The notes under the pieces are model-generated. The model was not told the origin of the DNA and made no database searches. It was given only the letters and a program-made list of their open reading frames with translations. Shown here piece by piece: positions 26,059 through 27,294 of a DNA stretch of 27,294 nucleotides. Every line of letters starts with the position of its first letter. Positions within the stretch are counted from its first letter, which is position 1. The DNA lies in IMG/VR virus record IMGVR_UViG_3300028136_000027, positions 1-27,294 of that record; one strand, given 5' to 3'. The position numbers were made by a program, and so were the translations under genes. Source of the DNA: a virus (Duplodnaviria > Caudoviricetes).

Positions 26059-26073
26059 CGTTATACTTATATG
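26059..26073 (+). promoter_or_regulatory. Putative late promoter, copy 4 (CGTTATACTTATATG)
   Basis: Identical to copy 3 and ends in the terS ATG. TAAAA lies 14 nt upstream. Confidence 0.7.
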
Positions 26074-26430
26074 TATAATACTGAAGAAATAAAACAACAG
26101 GCTATTGATGCTATCAAAGAAAATAACCTATTATTCATAGGGGATATTATGGCATATGTACCCTACTCCAAGCAAACTTTTTACACACATAAATTAGACG
26201 AAGTAGACGATATAAAAAGCCTACTGCAAAAAAACCGTTCTGATATGAAAGTTAAGATGCGTAAGAAGTGGTACGAAAGTGATAACGCAACATTACAAAT
26301 AGGACTGATGAAGCTGATTAGTGATGATGATGAAGCACACAGATTGAATGGTACAAAGCGTGAGATAAAGCACGATACAAAACAAAAGAGTTTTAAGGTA
26401 GAAGTGATTGACCACAATACAAGTAAATAA
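26071..26430 (+). CDS. terS: Terminase small subunit
   Basis: 119 aa with HTH-like 'SKQTFY', directly upstream of and overlapping terL. Confidence 0.7.
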   Translation: MYNTEEIKQQAIDAIKENNLLFIGDIMAYVPYSKQTFYTHKLDEVDDIKSLLQKNRSDMKVKMRKKWYESDNATLQIGLMKLISDDDEAHRLNGTKREIKHDTKQKSFKVEVIDHNTSK

Positions 26431-27294
26431 AGTATATAACCATCTAACTAACTCTAATAAGAAGATAACATTAGAAGTTGGTGGAACAAGAAGCGGTAAG
26501 ACATACAATGTCCTCCTGTGGATTATTCTACACTATTGTCAACACAACGAAAACAAGATTATAACTATATGCCGTAAGACGTTCCCTGCATTGAGGGGTA
26601 CTGTAATGCGAGACTTTATAGAGATACTTAAAAATATGGACTTGTATGATGATGAGAAGCACAACAAGTCAAACCACGAGTATAAGCTAGACAGCAACCT
26701 TATAGAGTTTATTAGCCTAGACCAAAGTCAGAAAGTAAGAGGGCGTAAAAGAGATTTGCTGTTCTGTAATGAGATGAATGAACTTGATAGAGAAGCATTC
26801 CAACAGTTAGCATTTAGAACAACAGGAAAGATTATAGGAGACCTTAACCCTTCTGATGAGTACCATTGGATATGGGAAAGACTAGAGCCAAGAGATGACG
26901 TAGAAATATACAACACTACCTACCTAGACAATCCATTTATAGACGATAGCATAAGGAGCGAGATAGAACTACTAAAAGATACAGATGAGAACTATTGGCG
27001 CATATATGGACTTGGACAAAGAGCAATATCTAAAGCAACTATATTCAAATACACAGAGATTGATAGCATACCTGATGATGCACAGCTTGTGGCTTATGGG
27101 ATGGACTTTGGATTTAACGACCCTACTACACTTGTTGCGACATACAAGAAAGACCACAACCTATACTTTAAAGAAATGCTATACAGGTCAAAGATGACAA
27201 CAGAGGACATACACCAATACTTAAAAGGTGTAGAGGTATTAGGTATGACTTATGCAGATAGCGCAAGACCTGAAATAATAGAACAGCTTAGAAG
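26408..27294 (+). CDS. terL: Terminase large subunit (PBSX/SPP1-like), 3'-truncated, not in the ORF track
   Basis: TTG start. Walker A GGTRSGKT, Walker B 'LFCNE', 'DLNP', 'TYLDNPF', 'YGLG', nuclease 'GMDFGFNDP' and 'ADSARP'. Confidence 0.92.
   Translation, partial: MTTIQVNKVYNHLTNSNKKITLEVGGTRSGKTYNVLLWIILHYCQHNENKIITICRKTFPALRGTVMRDFIEILKNMDLYDDEKHNKSNHEYKLDSNLIEFISLDQSQKVRGRKRDLLFCNEMNELDREAFQQLAFRTTGKIIGDLNPSDEYHWIWERLEPRDDVEIYNTTYLDNPFIDDSIRSEIELLKDTDENYWRIYGLGQRAISKATIFKYTEIDSIPDDAQLVAYGMDFGFNDPTTLVATYKKDHNLYFKEMLYRSKMTTEDIHQYLKGVEVLGMTYADSARPEIIEQLR

Noticed and set aside
26972-27197. Small ORFs within the last kilobase
   Set aside because: They lie inside terL, which the track missed because it runs off the window.
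1-27294. Prophage, lysogeny module, tRNA genes or alternative genetic code
   Set aside because: No integrase, repressor, host genes or tRNA-like sequence were seen. Standard code 11 gives intact, tightly packed genes using all three stop codons.

Overview
Near-complete genome of a small, AT-rich tailed dsDNA phage with a siphovirus-type gene set. The host is probably Bacteroidota (Flavobacteriia-like), inferred from TAnnTTTG promoters and A-rich start regions without Shine-Dalgarno sequences. All credible genes lie on the + strand. Order: tail chaperone with a -1 frameshift, tail/neck genes, tape measure, prohead protease, scaffold, major capsid, tail tube, portal, adaptor, fibre, lectin-like tip, lysis genes, an AT-rich origin-like repeat, early/replication genes (NinG, SSB-like, helicase, SET domain, sigma factor, nucleases, DnaA-like HTH), then terminase small and large subunits (truncated). 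No integrase, repressor, polymerase, tRNA or CRISPR was seen. The most interesting signals are regulatory: (i) a structured RNA after ninG with 14- and 12-nt perfect complementarity to two phage translation-initiation regions; (ii) a promoter-terminator sRNA cassette after the tail tube gene; (iii) a four-copy late-promoter motif ending in the start codon, implying leaderless mRNAs; (iv) AT-rich nuclease genes bounded by micro-repeats at start/stop junctions. Family assignments come from motif recognition, not database searches.
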